Source: Octopus sinensis (Eukaryota). From it: 64,000 nucleotides of DNA. Below the pieces are notes generated by a model. It searched no databases. It had not been told where the DNA came from and was given only the letters and a program-made list of their open reading frames with translations. The stretch lies in NCBI RefSeq assembly GCF_006345805.1, contig NC_042997.1, positions 16,864,001 through 16,928,000 on the forward strand, given 5' to 3'. Position 1 is the stretch's first letter. Every line of letters begins with the position of its first letter. Both the position numbers and the translations under genes were made by a program. Positions 13,491 to 26,000 of the stretch are shown piece after piece.

Positions 13491-15461
13491 ACTGGTAGTG
13501 GACCAGACTAAATTATTCACAATAGCCTGTTTAGTGACTTTACTAAAGAGAGATTAAATGCTACTGACTCAATAAAATAAATAACTATATGCACAATTCA
13601 TTTCTCTATTTTCTAACTATACGAAAACAAAAGTTGCCATCATCAACACAATAACTTTCGTCGTCATTATAAATCTTGTTTATAATGATATTTTGCTCAG
13701 TTTATGATGGTGATTCTAGTGAGAATAAAATGTGTATTAATTTTCCATAATTTTGCAAAGTAATAAAAAATAATGAGAAGTTTAGTAAGTTAGCTATTAT
13801 ATTAATAAGTAATCAAGCAGATGTTTATAATACATAAAAATTACATATATAAACCTTCCTCACCACCACCAAAAGTAAAAGACAAAAACTATGATGGGAT
13901 TTTTACCACCTGAAATCTCAAATCATTATTCATATAATAATGAGATTTCAGTTAAAAATTTAATTTATATATGGATACTTAAGTTTTAAATCTGTTGTCT
14001 CCATGAGACCTGAAACAGCCTCAGGGGCAATAACATGGAACTGAGAGTTTGTTTTAGACAAATTGGAACCAAAATAATTGATATATTTTACTTTTGTAAA
14101 AAAAATCTTCAGCTTTGGGAGATTATAATTAAAGTGACTGCATTTAATGTACAGTATATGAGTATTCCATCATCAAAGGCAGCATATAATGTTATATTTA
14201 TTTATTTAATCAATTTAAGCTTCTGTATAAAGCAAGTAAGACATGACAGAGTGAGAAAGGTATAAAATAACCTTTTTATTTTTTGAAAAAGAAACAAAAT
14301 CAAAAATATGAAAGAAGAAATAGAAGAAAAGACTGCAGATCAAAAACAGTTAAATGTTTCTGTTATTTAATATTTTTGTAGCCACCATCAACTGACAAGA
14401 CTTATTTGTAGTTGGTGAAGCCTTGAAAATAAGTTTCCCCTCAGATCTTGGTAGTCCTTTTAAGACTGTTTTAAAAATGTACCCCCTTTCAGACTGTTTT
14501 AAAAATGTGCCCCTTTTGCAGTGGAATAAATAATACTGTAAGGTTTATGCTTCATGTCTACAAGAGTGTAAAGGTGATTCCATTTGACTAGTTTGTGTTG
14601 CAATATAGTTCAAAATAATATGGCAGATTCCATACATGTCTTTGTTAACCTTGCTTAATATCTAATGTGTATTATATAGATTAGCTGAGATAATGGCGAA
14701 TAAAATTTGATAGTTTATCTCTTGAGTCTTCCCAATATTTTTTCCACCCTTGACTAATTATGCTTCTGTTCAATGATTTAATCTGTGATAGATTTGGAAC
14801 ATAGTCTATATCTATTACTTTTTAAAATATTTCTGCTAATAGGTTATTTTATCATTCAAGACAACTAGCAATATTTAAGACAAATAGCTATAATATTTCA
14901 TAGGGTATTTATTCTGATTCTCTGTATTCTAAGTTCAAATCTCACTGGGGTCAACTCTGCCTTTCATCTTTCCAGGGTCGATAAAAAAGTACCAGTCCAG
15001 GACAGTGGATTGCTGGAGTATTGGATGGAATGTTTTGTGGTGAATGTTCCAAATCTGTGCATTCTGAGTTCAAAACTCATCCTACCACCAAAAACCAATA
15101 GACAATTCTGTCAGACAGTATCAGGAATATGAAAATCAATGGAAGCATAGTTTCTGTAGTTTGATCAGAAGACTGACTGCCTTTATTCAATCATTAAAGA
15201 TGACTTAAGATTTTACATGGCTATTCCATCGTTCATATAACATCAGAGCAACTTATGAGGTAGCAAATCTCCTTCAACTCATACCTAACCGTGTTAAGAA
15301 AAAAATATTATGTCTGAAATAGAGATGGATGGTCATGGCTTGAATGTCTTTGATCACTGGTTTGTTCAATCTTAGCTGATCTAGAAATCTACAACAACAA
15401 TCATCATCATCATCATCATCAACAACAATATATGTTTCAATGCAGATATTTGACCTGCTAA

Positions 15462-15997
15462 AAATAGTAGCCACATCTAACTGTCTTGAAAGAGAGGGTA
15501 ATATCAGCTAATGCAGTCTTAGTCAGACTGTTGTTGAATCTTCCTCCACCATCTCTAAAAATAGGACAGTCACAGTATAAAGACCTTTGATCACAGGGTT
15601 AACTTGGGAATACCCAACATCAACAGCAGCAGCAGCTGTAGTAGTGGCAGCTATTCAGCTATTTTTGGATACTCTTTACTCTTTTACTTGTTTCAGTCAT
15701 TTGACTTCGGCCATGCTGGAGCACCGCCTTTAGTCGAGCAAATCGACCCCAGGACTTATTCTTTGTAAGCCCAGTACTTATTCTATCGGTCTCTTTTTGC
15801 CGAACCGCTAAGTGACGGGGACGTAAACACACCAGCATCGGTTGTCAAGCAATGCTAGGGGGACAAACACAGACACACAAACACACACACACATATATAT
15901 ATACATATATACGACAGGCTTCTTTCAGTTTCCGTCTACCAAATCCACTCACAAGGCTTTGGTCGGCCCGAGGCTATAGCAGAAGACACTTGCCCAA
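15462..15997. repeat. Source copy of a ~540-bp inverted segmental duplication (partner 21803-22364)
   Basis: Reverse complement of 21803-22364 matches, including ~210 bp of non-SINE-A flank. About a dozen differences outside the microsatellite. Confidence 0.95.
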
Positions 15998-16069
15998 GGT
16001 GCCACGCAGTGGGACTTAACCCGGAACCATGTGGTTGGTTAGCAAGCTACTTACCACACAGCCACTCCC
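15670..16069 (-). mobile_element. Young full-length SINE family A
   Basis: Minus-strand head gggagtggctgtgtggtaag (A box) ... ggttaagtccc (B-box-like), internal (CA)/(TA) tract, tail (aaagagta)n. Confidence 0.9.
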
Positions 16070-16166
16070 GCGCCTATTTACAATTTTTAATAAAATTTTT
16101 TTACCATTCTACATTTTCAGTTTTGGTATGTGATAATATATCACATAACATGGATGTATATGTGAG

Positions 16167-16207
<41 letters not shown>

Positions 16208-16209
16208 AT

Positions 16210-16273
16210 TGCAAAATCAATGGTCACTCTTTGACCAGCCATAACAAACAACCTTCTAAAGATGTATATATAA

Positions 16274-16317
<44 letters not shown>

Positions 16318-16385
16318 TTATACATATATACATCTTTAGAAGGTTGTTTGTTATGGCTGGTCAAAGAGTGACCATTGATTTTGCA
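16210..16385. repeat. 176-bp palindrome centred on (TA)n
   Basis: 16210-16271 is the exact reverse complement of 16324-16385 (62 bp). Pairing continues into the TA core after a 4-nt bulge. Confidence 0.97.
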
Positions 16386-16423
16386 GTTATAAAACACTTA
16401 GCCGTACAGGCAATTCATACATA

Positions 16424-17133
16424 CAAGGGGGTACTCCAAAGAAACCAGAATTTTACAATATTATTTTATTCACTTAGTTTTACATGTTTACACTTTTATC
16501 ACTTCAACATATTCTCCATTTGAAGGAATGCGTTGACCCAGGCACATTTACCACTATTTGAAGCAGTGCAGCCACTTTTGAGGTGATGCCTTTTAATGCC
16601 TTTGTTGTTATTTTCGTTGGCAGTTCGTTGGCAGGTGCTTCAGGACACACAAATCATATCAATAAGTTCGTCAATTGTTCAGTGATGGTCCTCCAACATC
16701 AATTCATGAATTTTCGATATGTTTTCATTCATCGGGAGGTCGATGGTCAGTATGAACAAAGTTGGTCTTCAAGCAACAAGTAACCATTCCTAAAGTGTGG
16801 AAACCACTCATAAACTCGTGTTTCGCTCATGGCAGCATTCTTGTAAACAGTTTGAAGCATGACAACTGTTTTGATCGCCGTTTCTCCAGCAGAAAACAGA
16901 ATTTCATGGAAGTATGCTCTTCCTTTGTTTCAGCCATCACAAAAAATTGACAAACAGGGGAGAAGCACAGCAAAATAAAGATGCACTACGTGGCAGTATA
17001 ACTTCACTCAAGAACGCCAGTCAGCAGACTGATGCCTAAGGGTCGCATCAAATAACTTCTAGCAGTGGAAGCCTGAACTACAACGGGCTTGTCCCACAGA
17101 GAACTTTTCCGGTTACTCTTAAGTACCTCCTTG
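16424..17133 (-). mobile_element. Internally deleted mariner element with both TIRs and TA target duplications
   Basis: Left TA|CAAGGGGGTACTCCAAAGAAACCAGAA; right (rc) TA|CAAGGAGGTACTTAAGAGTAACCGGAA. Minus strand encodes KFCFLL..TAIKTVVMLQTVYKNAAMSETRVYEWFPHFRNG...HELMLEDHH.TIDELID fused to a C-terminal remnant; the catalytic domain is missing. Confidence 0.85.
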
Positions 17134-17253
17134 TATATATATATATATGATGATGATGATATATGTATGTATGTATATATATATATGTATCAATATATAT
17201 ATATATATATATATATATGTATCAATATAATATATATATATATATATGTATCA

Positions 17254-17285
<32 letters not shown>

Positions 17286-17359
17286 CAATATATATATATA
17301 TATATGTATCAATATATATATATCAAATAACTTCTAGCAGTGGAAGCCTGAACTCGAAT

Positions 17360-17403
<44 letters not shown>

Positions 17404-17404
17404 G

Positions 17405-17599
17405 CCATGTTGGATCGTTAGCTCCTACACGCATTTTTTTCTCTCCTTGTTTCTTTTCTGTGTATCTTTCTGTCGAAGAGCGTAGGCTCGAAACGTAAAA
17501 GACTTGTTTTATTTCTATTCCTGAGCGCCATACTAATACAATTGTTTGTTTGTACTCCACCTGCCTTCGTCTTTTGTTTATTTTCGTAAACCTTCCCGT

Positions 17600-17600
<1 letters not shown>
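17405..17600 (+). mobile_element. PLE-type terminal fragment carrying a minimal hammerhead variant
   Basis: TCTTT-CTGTCGA-A-GAGC-GTAG-GCTC-GAAA-CGTA-AAAGA at 17465-17502, flanked by (TA)n on both sides. Confidence 0.55.
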
Positions 17601-17632
<32 letters not shown>

Positions 17633-17920
17633 GTGTATATGTATGTATGTATGTATGCATGTATGTATGTATGTGTGTGTGGATATGTGTGTGTGCGTGC
17701 ATGTGTGTGCGTGTGCATATATTATTATTTCCTGATGATAAAATATACCTGCTGTTTTTAAAAGTTCTTCTAAGTGTGGATATCTTTGATCATGATATGT
17801 GAGTGTGTGTGTGTGTGTATGAGTGCATGTGCTTATATAAGCATTTATATAAATATAGGAAAATTTAGATAAACACAAGTATAGATAGTTTCTATGCATA
17901 TATATATTATATATACATAT

Positions 17921-17956
<36 letters not shown>

Positions 17957-18324
17957 GATATATATATCATGTAATTATGTGATCAATCAAACTATCAGAT
18001 GTTACTTATACATCACTGGTCACAATATGCTTTGCACCATGTTTTAACTTTCAAATGATGCCATCCAGCTGGCTAGGTGACCAGGTTTATATTCCCTGTG
18101 ATTGAAAGGCTATTCCATCACAGGGCTACCAGTTTACAGCTGAGTGGGCTGAAGCACTGTAAAAGGAAGTGTTTTGCTCAAGAACACAACATGCTGCTCA
18201 GTCTGGGAATCTAACTAACGATCACTATATTGTGAGTGCAACATCATAACCACTAGGCCACGTGCCTTCACACATATTTATTATTAGATAGAAATTGCCT
18301 ATTTGACATAAAGGAAGTTAACTT

Positions 18325-18599
18325 ACTACCCAAATGGTATGATGTGTTTTTGCTGGAGTAATTACTCTACATCTATATGCAGCTTCTATCTACTGAATTC
18401 TTTTCGTAAAACATTGGCCAACCAAAGGCTATGGCAGAAGACACTTGCCTAAGGATGTGGTCACTACCCAAATGGTATGATGTGTTTTTGATGGAGTCAT
18501 TACTCTACATCTATATGCAGCTTCTATCTACTGAATTCTTTTCATAAAACAATGGCCACCCAAAGGCTATGGCAGAAGACACTTGCCTAAGATGTGGTC
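18325..18599. repeat. Tandem duplication of a 138-bp unit that includes an old SINE fragment
   Basis: actacccaaatggtatgatgtg...cacttgcctaag(g)atgtggtc starts at 18325 and at 18463; roughly 95% identical. Confidence 0.95.
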
Positions 18600-21399
18600 C
18601 AGTGGAATCAACCCATACTGTATGGATTTCAGGGAACTGTTAATTCTGCAGATAACAATGATTTGTTCAAATGCAGGTCATATGAAGTGTATGCTGGAAA
18701 TATATAGCTATATGGTAAAGAGATGTGGGCTCTATATCATAATGAGATGTGAAAGGCTAATGGCTAAAAGTGACATGGACTCATAGTGGAATGAGCCTGT
18801 TGTAGAGGAAAACATGGGGAAATATGCTGAGTCATGATCTGAGGATCATGGTCATCATGGTAAAGATAATAAAAGATCGATAATCTGTATGGTAGAACAA
18901 TCCAACCCATACTAGCATGAGAACATAAACATTAAAACAACAACAATGATGATGATGATGCTTGTAAATGTGTTTTTCAGTATACGTAAATGTATTTTTG
19001 ATTACCAGTATGACGTGAAACTTATGCACAAAACTAGAGCACCATAACGTAAGTTTCTACTTCATCATCATTTCTTTCTTGAATAAAAACTGAAGAATGA
19101 AACCTCATTAATTAAATCTCCATATAATCATCGGACAAGAAATTTTATTATCCCACTGTGGTCTAGGTTTCAGCAATAAATGATAGGATTTTTACAAATT
19201 ACTTTTGAAAATTATTCCTGCAAATTACTCTGAAACAGTATCTTTATGTGAGATGCTTTTTATTGTCCTCCTTCCTCTAAGAGAGCCATGAAGAAGCTGG
19301 CTTGAAAGATTTATTATCTGGCTCTGCTCAGTGTGCACTGATCCAGTGAAGAAGAAACATTAATAGAAAGACCTCTACTTCTCAGTGCCTATATTACTAC
19401 TTCCTGTTTACCTTGGGGATTGCTTCATTCTTAAAACTAGATTTTTCATTTAGGCATGGTGTTTACACAAACTGCTAATGCAGAGATGTTTTAATTGATT
19501 TTCAACAGAATATTTAGTAAGATTGATTACATTGTATTATTCTGTAATTCTATTTGCAATTTACTCATTTCTTAATGTCCATAGATACACCAGATGTCTT
19601 ATGGGACTAAGATGGCATCAATTAGTTTTCTTTATTGTCATCAGTATCATTAAGTAAACTAGACTGAGGGTTATTTGTCACCTTCATCTTATTAATGCCA
19701 TTTTGTAGAACAGCATTACGATAGAAATTACTGGCTTCAATCAGCCTTATTGGATCTTTTTTAATTTACTGTCTTATTTGTTGTTTATATTTTTTGAAAG
19801 AAACTAAATGCCTTTTATTATATTTTTCACCTTCAAAATTATAATGTGAAGATATATTTGCAGTCAATAAGTTAAAATTAATCTCCATGATTATAATGCT
19901 GCAATAAAGTTATTTGAGGAACAACGATTTATTTCAGCATCTAATTTATTCCAAGTTGTTGAGATTTTGTCAGTTATGTATGCATGTCAGATATAGATTG
20001 TGAATATTTTGATACACACACATTTAACTGCTCCTCTGACTATGTAATAATTTTTTTATGCTTATTATTTTATGCATTTTATGTCTCACATTACATGCCC
20101 AGCAAACTGTATCTTTAAATGGCTTGAGAACCCTGGTGTAACTGTTTGCAACTGATTGAAAACAAGGAATAGTTTTCATTTAAAGTCTTTTCTAATCTTA
20201 AACTTTTAAGTAAATGAAATAAATTCCAATCAAGCTAAAAGCTATGAAAAGCATCAGCTGCCACCCTTAGGACTTCACAATGGAAACCCATCAGGGCATT
20301 CAACCAACCCCCAATTGTGATTGAACATCATCAATCTACATGTCATTGGCAGATTTTAAGAATGACTCATTGCATTATTACTTGACAAGGAACATGTGCC
20401 ACCTTGAGTCAGTGGCCAGCATCACAGTCATGCTCAGATGAATATCGTATTTTATTAATTAACTAATTATTGCTAAACTGAGTGTTTCTACACTGCAGAC
20501 AGACTGGAGTTTGCAGTGCTGAAAATATTAACAAAGTATCTGGAGTTTGTTAATAAAAACAGTACAACTATGATATATACTGCTGTATTTTGCTTTCTCT
20601 AATAGACTCGGGATTGTTAAAGCAAGTATTCTAGCAGTGAACTAACAAGATTGCTATTTTTCTTTTTATTACTGAAATAAACATTAATAAACTAACCAGA
20701 AAGTTTATTGATAAACTGTTAAAGGGGTTTATTAGAATTTATTGAAAATGGTTTATTTCTGTGCTAAAGTTGGAGTTGTTAATCAAAAAATTTACAAAAA
20801 GAAATTCAAGTTACATAATTTTAATTTAATAAAATATGAACAATTCCTTTTCATAAATGAAAGTAAATATCACAGAAATGAAACATTCTTGTTTTGTGTA
20901 TTCTTGAAAAGAATTGTAATATTCCATTCTTGTTAGAATGAATATCTAATGAACTTCATTTCATGGTACTGAATAAGGATGACAAATTCAGAATGGATAA
21001 GAAAAATTGAATGTTAGGCTGCCTGTATTGATGGGATCATGCTTTTAGTCCTTTATTAGCTTCTGTCTTTGAACATAATCTTCAAAGGCTTAACCATCTT
21101 AATACCAACCCACTTGAAACCACCACCAATTCTGTGATTCACACTTTCTATTTTAAAGTGGTCTAAGTAAAAATCTACCATAAAAATTTCTTGTTAATTT
21201 ATGTTCCAAATACCAGCTTAGTAATTTTAAAGTTATTTTACTAATTCTTCGTTATTTTCAAAATCAATTGAAACAAAGCAATGTATCTCAACAGATATAT
21301 GACATCAAAAGAGTTAAGTGATTATATTAAACCTAGGAGTAAGTTTGAAACTTAATTTGTATCGATCTCTACTTCATGTCTAAGTCACTCCCCAAATAT

Positions 21400-21620
21400 T
21401 GGTATCAAATTTTGGCACAAGGTCAGCTATTTCAAAGGAGGGCATATAAACCTATTACATCGATCCTAGTGCTCCAATGGTACTTATTTTATCAACTCAG
21501 AAGGAGGAAGTGCAAAGTCAACTTCAGCAGATTTTGAAAACAGAACATAAAAATGGATGAAATGCTGCTAAGCATTTTACCTGGTGAGCTAACAATTCTG
21601 CCAGCTTGCCACCTTTGACT
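21400..21620 (-). mobile_element. SINE family D, diverged (also 31700-31860 and 38200-38450 on minus)
   Basis: Reverse complement of the 54905-55105 element (tggtacttattttatc, caaagtcaac, gacaaggccagcaattt). Confidence 0.65.
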
Positions 21621-21802
21621 TCCCAAATATTAAAAGGTGTTTTTGTTGAAGGCACTGATTTACACCGGTGCACAATTTCCATCTAAAATATTTAACTCCT
21701 AAACATTGGTCAACTCAAGGCCATTGTAGAAGACACTTGACGAATTCATAGGGCAGTGGAATCAAACATATGGTTACAAGACAAACTTCTCAACTAGCAT
21801 AG

Positions 21803-21904
21803 TTGGGCAAGTGTCTTCTGCTATAGCCTCGGGCCGACCAAAGCCTTGGAGTGGATTTGGTAGACGGAAACTGAAAGAAGCCTGTCGTATATATATATAT
21901 ATAT

Positions 21905-21937
<33 letters not shown>

Positions 21938-22364
21938 ATATGTTTGTGTGTCTGTGTTTGTCCTTCTAGCATTGCTTGACAACCGATGCTGGTGTGTTTA
22001 TGTCCCCGTCACTTAGCGGTTCGGCAAAAGAGACCGATAGAATAAGTACTGGGCTTACAAAGAATAAGTCCTGGGGTAGATTTGCTCGACTAAAGGCGGT
22101 ACTCCAGCATGGCCGCAGTCAAATGACTGAAACAAGTAAAAGAGTAAAGAGTATCCAAAAATAGCCGAATAGCTGCCACTACTACTGCTGCTGCTGCTGC
22201 TGTTGATGTTGGGTATTCCCAAGTTAACCTTGTGATCAAAGGTCTTAATACTGTGACTGTCCTATTTTTAGAGATGGTGGAGGAAGATTCAACAACAGTG
22301 TGACTAAGACTGCATTAGCTGATATTACCCTCTCTTTCAAGACAGTTAGATGTGGCTACTATTT
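21803..22364 (+). repeat. Derived inverted copy: 5'-truncated SINE A (21803-22153) plus 3' flank (22154-22364)
   Basis: See 15462-15997. No poly-A/simple-repeat tail and no TSD at 22364. Confidence 0.95.
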
Positions 22365-23000
22365 GAGAAGTTTGTCATAGTAATTGTATGATGCTAACCA
22401 GTCAAATTCTGAGTAACTGAAAGAAACTGAAGTTCTAATCAATTTAAAATAGCCATACTTTATGCTCTCTTCACTAGAAAAGCAGTATTCCCACTCATAA
22501 AAGTAACATAAATTAGAAATTCTTCTGACAGTTTTGAAATTGAAGATATTTATTTTAAAGACTTGATTAATAATAGAACAAGAATAACATTTACTTTCAT
22601 CCAAAAATGGGAAAAGAGTACATTTCCTCCTAAAATACTGTTATTTTCATTCTTGTCTGAAGAATGGCATCTCACCTGTACTTGTATTAGTTCATAATAC
22701 TTTGTATTTTTGTAATGGTATATATTAATGCTGAGTATTTGGCATTTGCAATAAATGTAGGATTATATTTGCCTAAAAGTTTGTAATACTTATTTGGGTA
22801 AAAATTTAAAACTTACATCAATATCTGAAGATTCGTAGACAAGCATCTTCTCTTGAATAATGTTCATTAACAAGAATTTACTATTTTTTGCTTATTGTTA
22901 AAAATTTTAAAGATATTCATCATTCATCAATGTATATTGCCTCCAATGATAATACATTACTTTCATTATTGAAATAAGAAAAATGAGAGAAGGGAAAGAA

Positions 23001-23033
<33 letters not shown>

Positions 23034-26000
23034 AAACAGACAGAAATTCTTCACAACAATTTTCAGTTGTCATCAATATAAACTTCACTAAAGCAATTTT
23101 ACCACCAGCAGCTATATGTACTTCTTTACTCAACATTTTTATTATTATTGATGATATATCTCACTGAATAATTGAGAAGGGAGATAAGTGGTAAGACACT
23201 GCTTAGCGTATTATATATGAACTATATATATATACATACATATACACACGCACATATATGTGTGAGTGTGTGTATATGTATGTGTGTTTGTGCGTGAGTG
23301 TGTGTATGTATCTCTGTCTTCACAAATCTCTATTTAATGGACTATATTTTTAGAGAAAGTAAAGAAAAAGACATTTTATATGAGAATAGGTAGCAATATT
23401 TCATTTCTTTAAAGATGAATTGAATAAATCATGTTTTTGAGATAATGTGTTATTAGATATCAATGCAAATTTCTGTCTAAATGTATTGATATGTCTTCTT
23501 TAAATCAAACTGTTTCATTAACCAATAACAATAAAATAAGATAGAGTCAAAAATGAAACCATAAATTCACTGAATCCTGAAAAAGTAATAGTAAATATCA
23601 TAATAAATCAATTTATGATATTTTTAATTTATTTATTATTTATTTCCAGTTATAATAGCCAGTTTTTGGTCCTAATATGATTATTTAGCCTTAACTGAGT
23701 CCATCACCATTTGAAAATAATTCTATTTTATGAGGAAAATACTAAAGAAATATTTTCTTGGATTTTTGCCTCTGTAAAAGTATGTTATGAGAATAAAACA
23801 AACTGAAGGCATTTCGGAGACAGACAAAAGGAAGAAACAACAACAGCAGCAGCAAACAATAAGAAACTCAAAGGTAAAAATGAGTAGTAATTCAAAATAA
23901 TGTTTTATCATAGCATCACACATTGAAAATTATGTTCTGTAATCTCTTCAGGGTCTTAAATTAGCATGCATATGTCTATGAGGAAATTACAATGGTACCT
24001 GGAAAACTGGTGAAAATGAAGTTAAAAACAAAAGGGGAAAAAAGATGTGAAACTAAAATAATGAGTCAGTTATGTCTTATAATTATGTTGTAAACTTCCA
24101 CAGTATTCTTTATCCTTGGCACTATCATCTTCTTTCTCATTACTTTAATTCTATATCATTTCAATTGTGGAGATGATTAAAGAACACTGAATGAGCCAAA
24201 GAATTCGAAGGATGCAAAATATGTCGGTAATTGTCACTCTGATTATTTCTATTTTTTCTTTCATTTTTTTTCTCACCACTGAATAAGAAATCTATTCTTT
24301 CATTGGGAAATGGTAATGTGTAGGTAATAAAACCTGGCTCATATTTTGTTCTATTTAGAGATGGGAAAATGTGGAAAATTTCCCAAGGATTTGTCTACAT
24401 TCCTTTTTGTTTAATACAATCTTTGTTTTGAAGAAAATTAGTTATCATTATATAAATATTGTGAAGAAGAATGTGTGTCAGCTGTAGTTTAGCATTAAGC
24501 AGATAAAACTGGAAGGGCTGGGTATATTTCCTAATCAAATTTCTCCCAGACGGAAGACACCAGTTAAAACATGTGCTTTGTTTTTCTAATTTTCTCCCAA
24601 TCACTGACTCATTTCAAGACACTATAATCAAGTAATGAGGATCGTTCCCCACCCAAAAATAAAGAATTTTATAGATTCCTGATTAAAAAGAGAAATAAAA
24701 CAAAACAAAAAGGAAAAGGTTTTAAAAGTAGATAAAGTAAAAACAATGAGGTAATAGCATGAACTGCAAATAAAATCAAAGAATTTAGGAAAGGAAATGT
24801 GATGAAATTAGGAGTCAGTCTGGGAAAATGTCTGAAGGTGGTAGTGATGGCGATGATGGTGATGGTAGGGAATTAAAGAGACAAAGATAAGGGAAATTTA
24901 GCTGAAGAAAGTTTTAGCAAAATTGGTTTTGAGGACATGAAAGCACTACAGTAATATAATTCTATTATTGGAGATGTTTTTACTGATGTCATAGGAAATG
25001 GAGGTGTAAAGAGGTCTTTGCACTCCCAAAGTATTGCAGAATTAATGTAAATTACATCAGTGTTCGGCAAATTCACGAACATATGGCACCATTCACATCT
25101 TGACTATAACAATATGGAGTTCTCCACTAGATACGAAGTATAAAGGAATAATTTCTTTTATTTTTCAACTGGATATGCCTTTTAGCTTCCTTACAATTTG
25201 GTGTCTATTTCTGCTTGGAAATAAAACTAGTGCCACTCTTATGCTATTATTACTTATTTTATCAAATTCAGAAGAATGAAAGCTGATACTTAACCGAGTG
25301 TGAACTTATATCAGAAATACTTTTTAGTTTAGCACTTTACTCTTGTGCTAAAACTATCACACCCTAATCATCCTCTCATCATTCTTATCACCTTTATATA
25401 GCATCTGTTTTTTCTTCTTTTACAAGTTCTGAAAAGGCTAGAAATATTTAAATTGAAATGTACCTTCAATCTTTCCTTTCTAGTGCAATTCCATTTGTTT
25501 AAGGTCTAACCTAATTGCTTTGTATCAACTTTTTTTTTGCTTTTTTTTTTGTCTTACTTACTACATGGCTCTCAACTTAGTTTAACTGCACCATTCATCT
25601 CACATAAATTATTGATAGACATTTATCTGTCAATAAGCACTGGCATGGCTGCGTGATAAGAAGTGTGCTTCCCAACTACATATTTGTGGGTTTTCAGTCC
25701 CACTGTGTGGCACCTTGGACAAGTGTCTTCTATGGCCAAAGCCTTGTGAGTGGATTTTGTGGATGGAAACTGAAAAAGTTCACTGTATATTTAAATGTAT
25801 ATGTATGTCTGTATACATGTGTTACTGTCTTCTTGCCTTGACATCATATGATAGTTGTAGGCAAATGACACCATCATGCAATTAGGGCCCTTTATCTCTG
25901 ACCTATTGTGTAAACATGTCTTGTTATGGGGAAATATTAATTACTTGGAAACAGGTGACAGGAAGAACATAATGCTGTAGAAAATCTGCCTCAGTAAATT

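Noticed and set aside
15670-16069. SINE heads as tRNA genes; regularly spaced SINEs as a CRISPR-like array
   Set aside because: Heads have A/B boxes but no full cloverleaf and continue into SINE bodies. Repeats are dispersed eukaryotic retroposons, not repeat-spacer arrays.
19600-19760. ~45-codon open frame on minus (DPIRLIEASNFY...)
   Set aside because: No acceptor or donor and no similarity to FN3 or Ig domains.
22817-22880. Minus-strand gtaagt donor with short open frame
   Set aside because: No polypyrimidine acceptor upstream; peptide uninformative.
24873-25140. Coding-looking block (VPYVREFAEH on minus; IIGDVFTD on plus)
   Set aside because: Only faint resemblance to a PLE linker; stops in all frames; not assignable.
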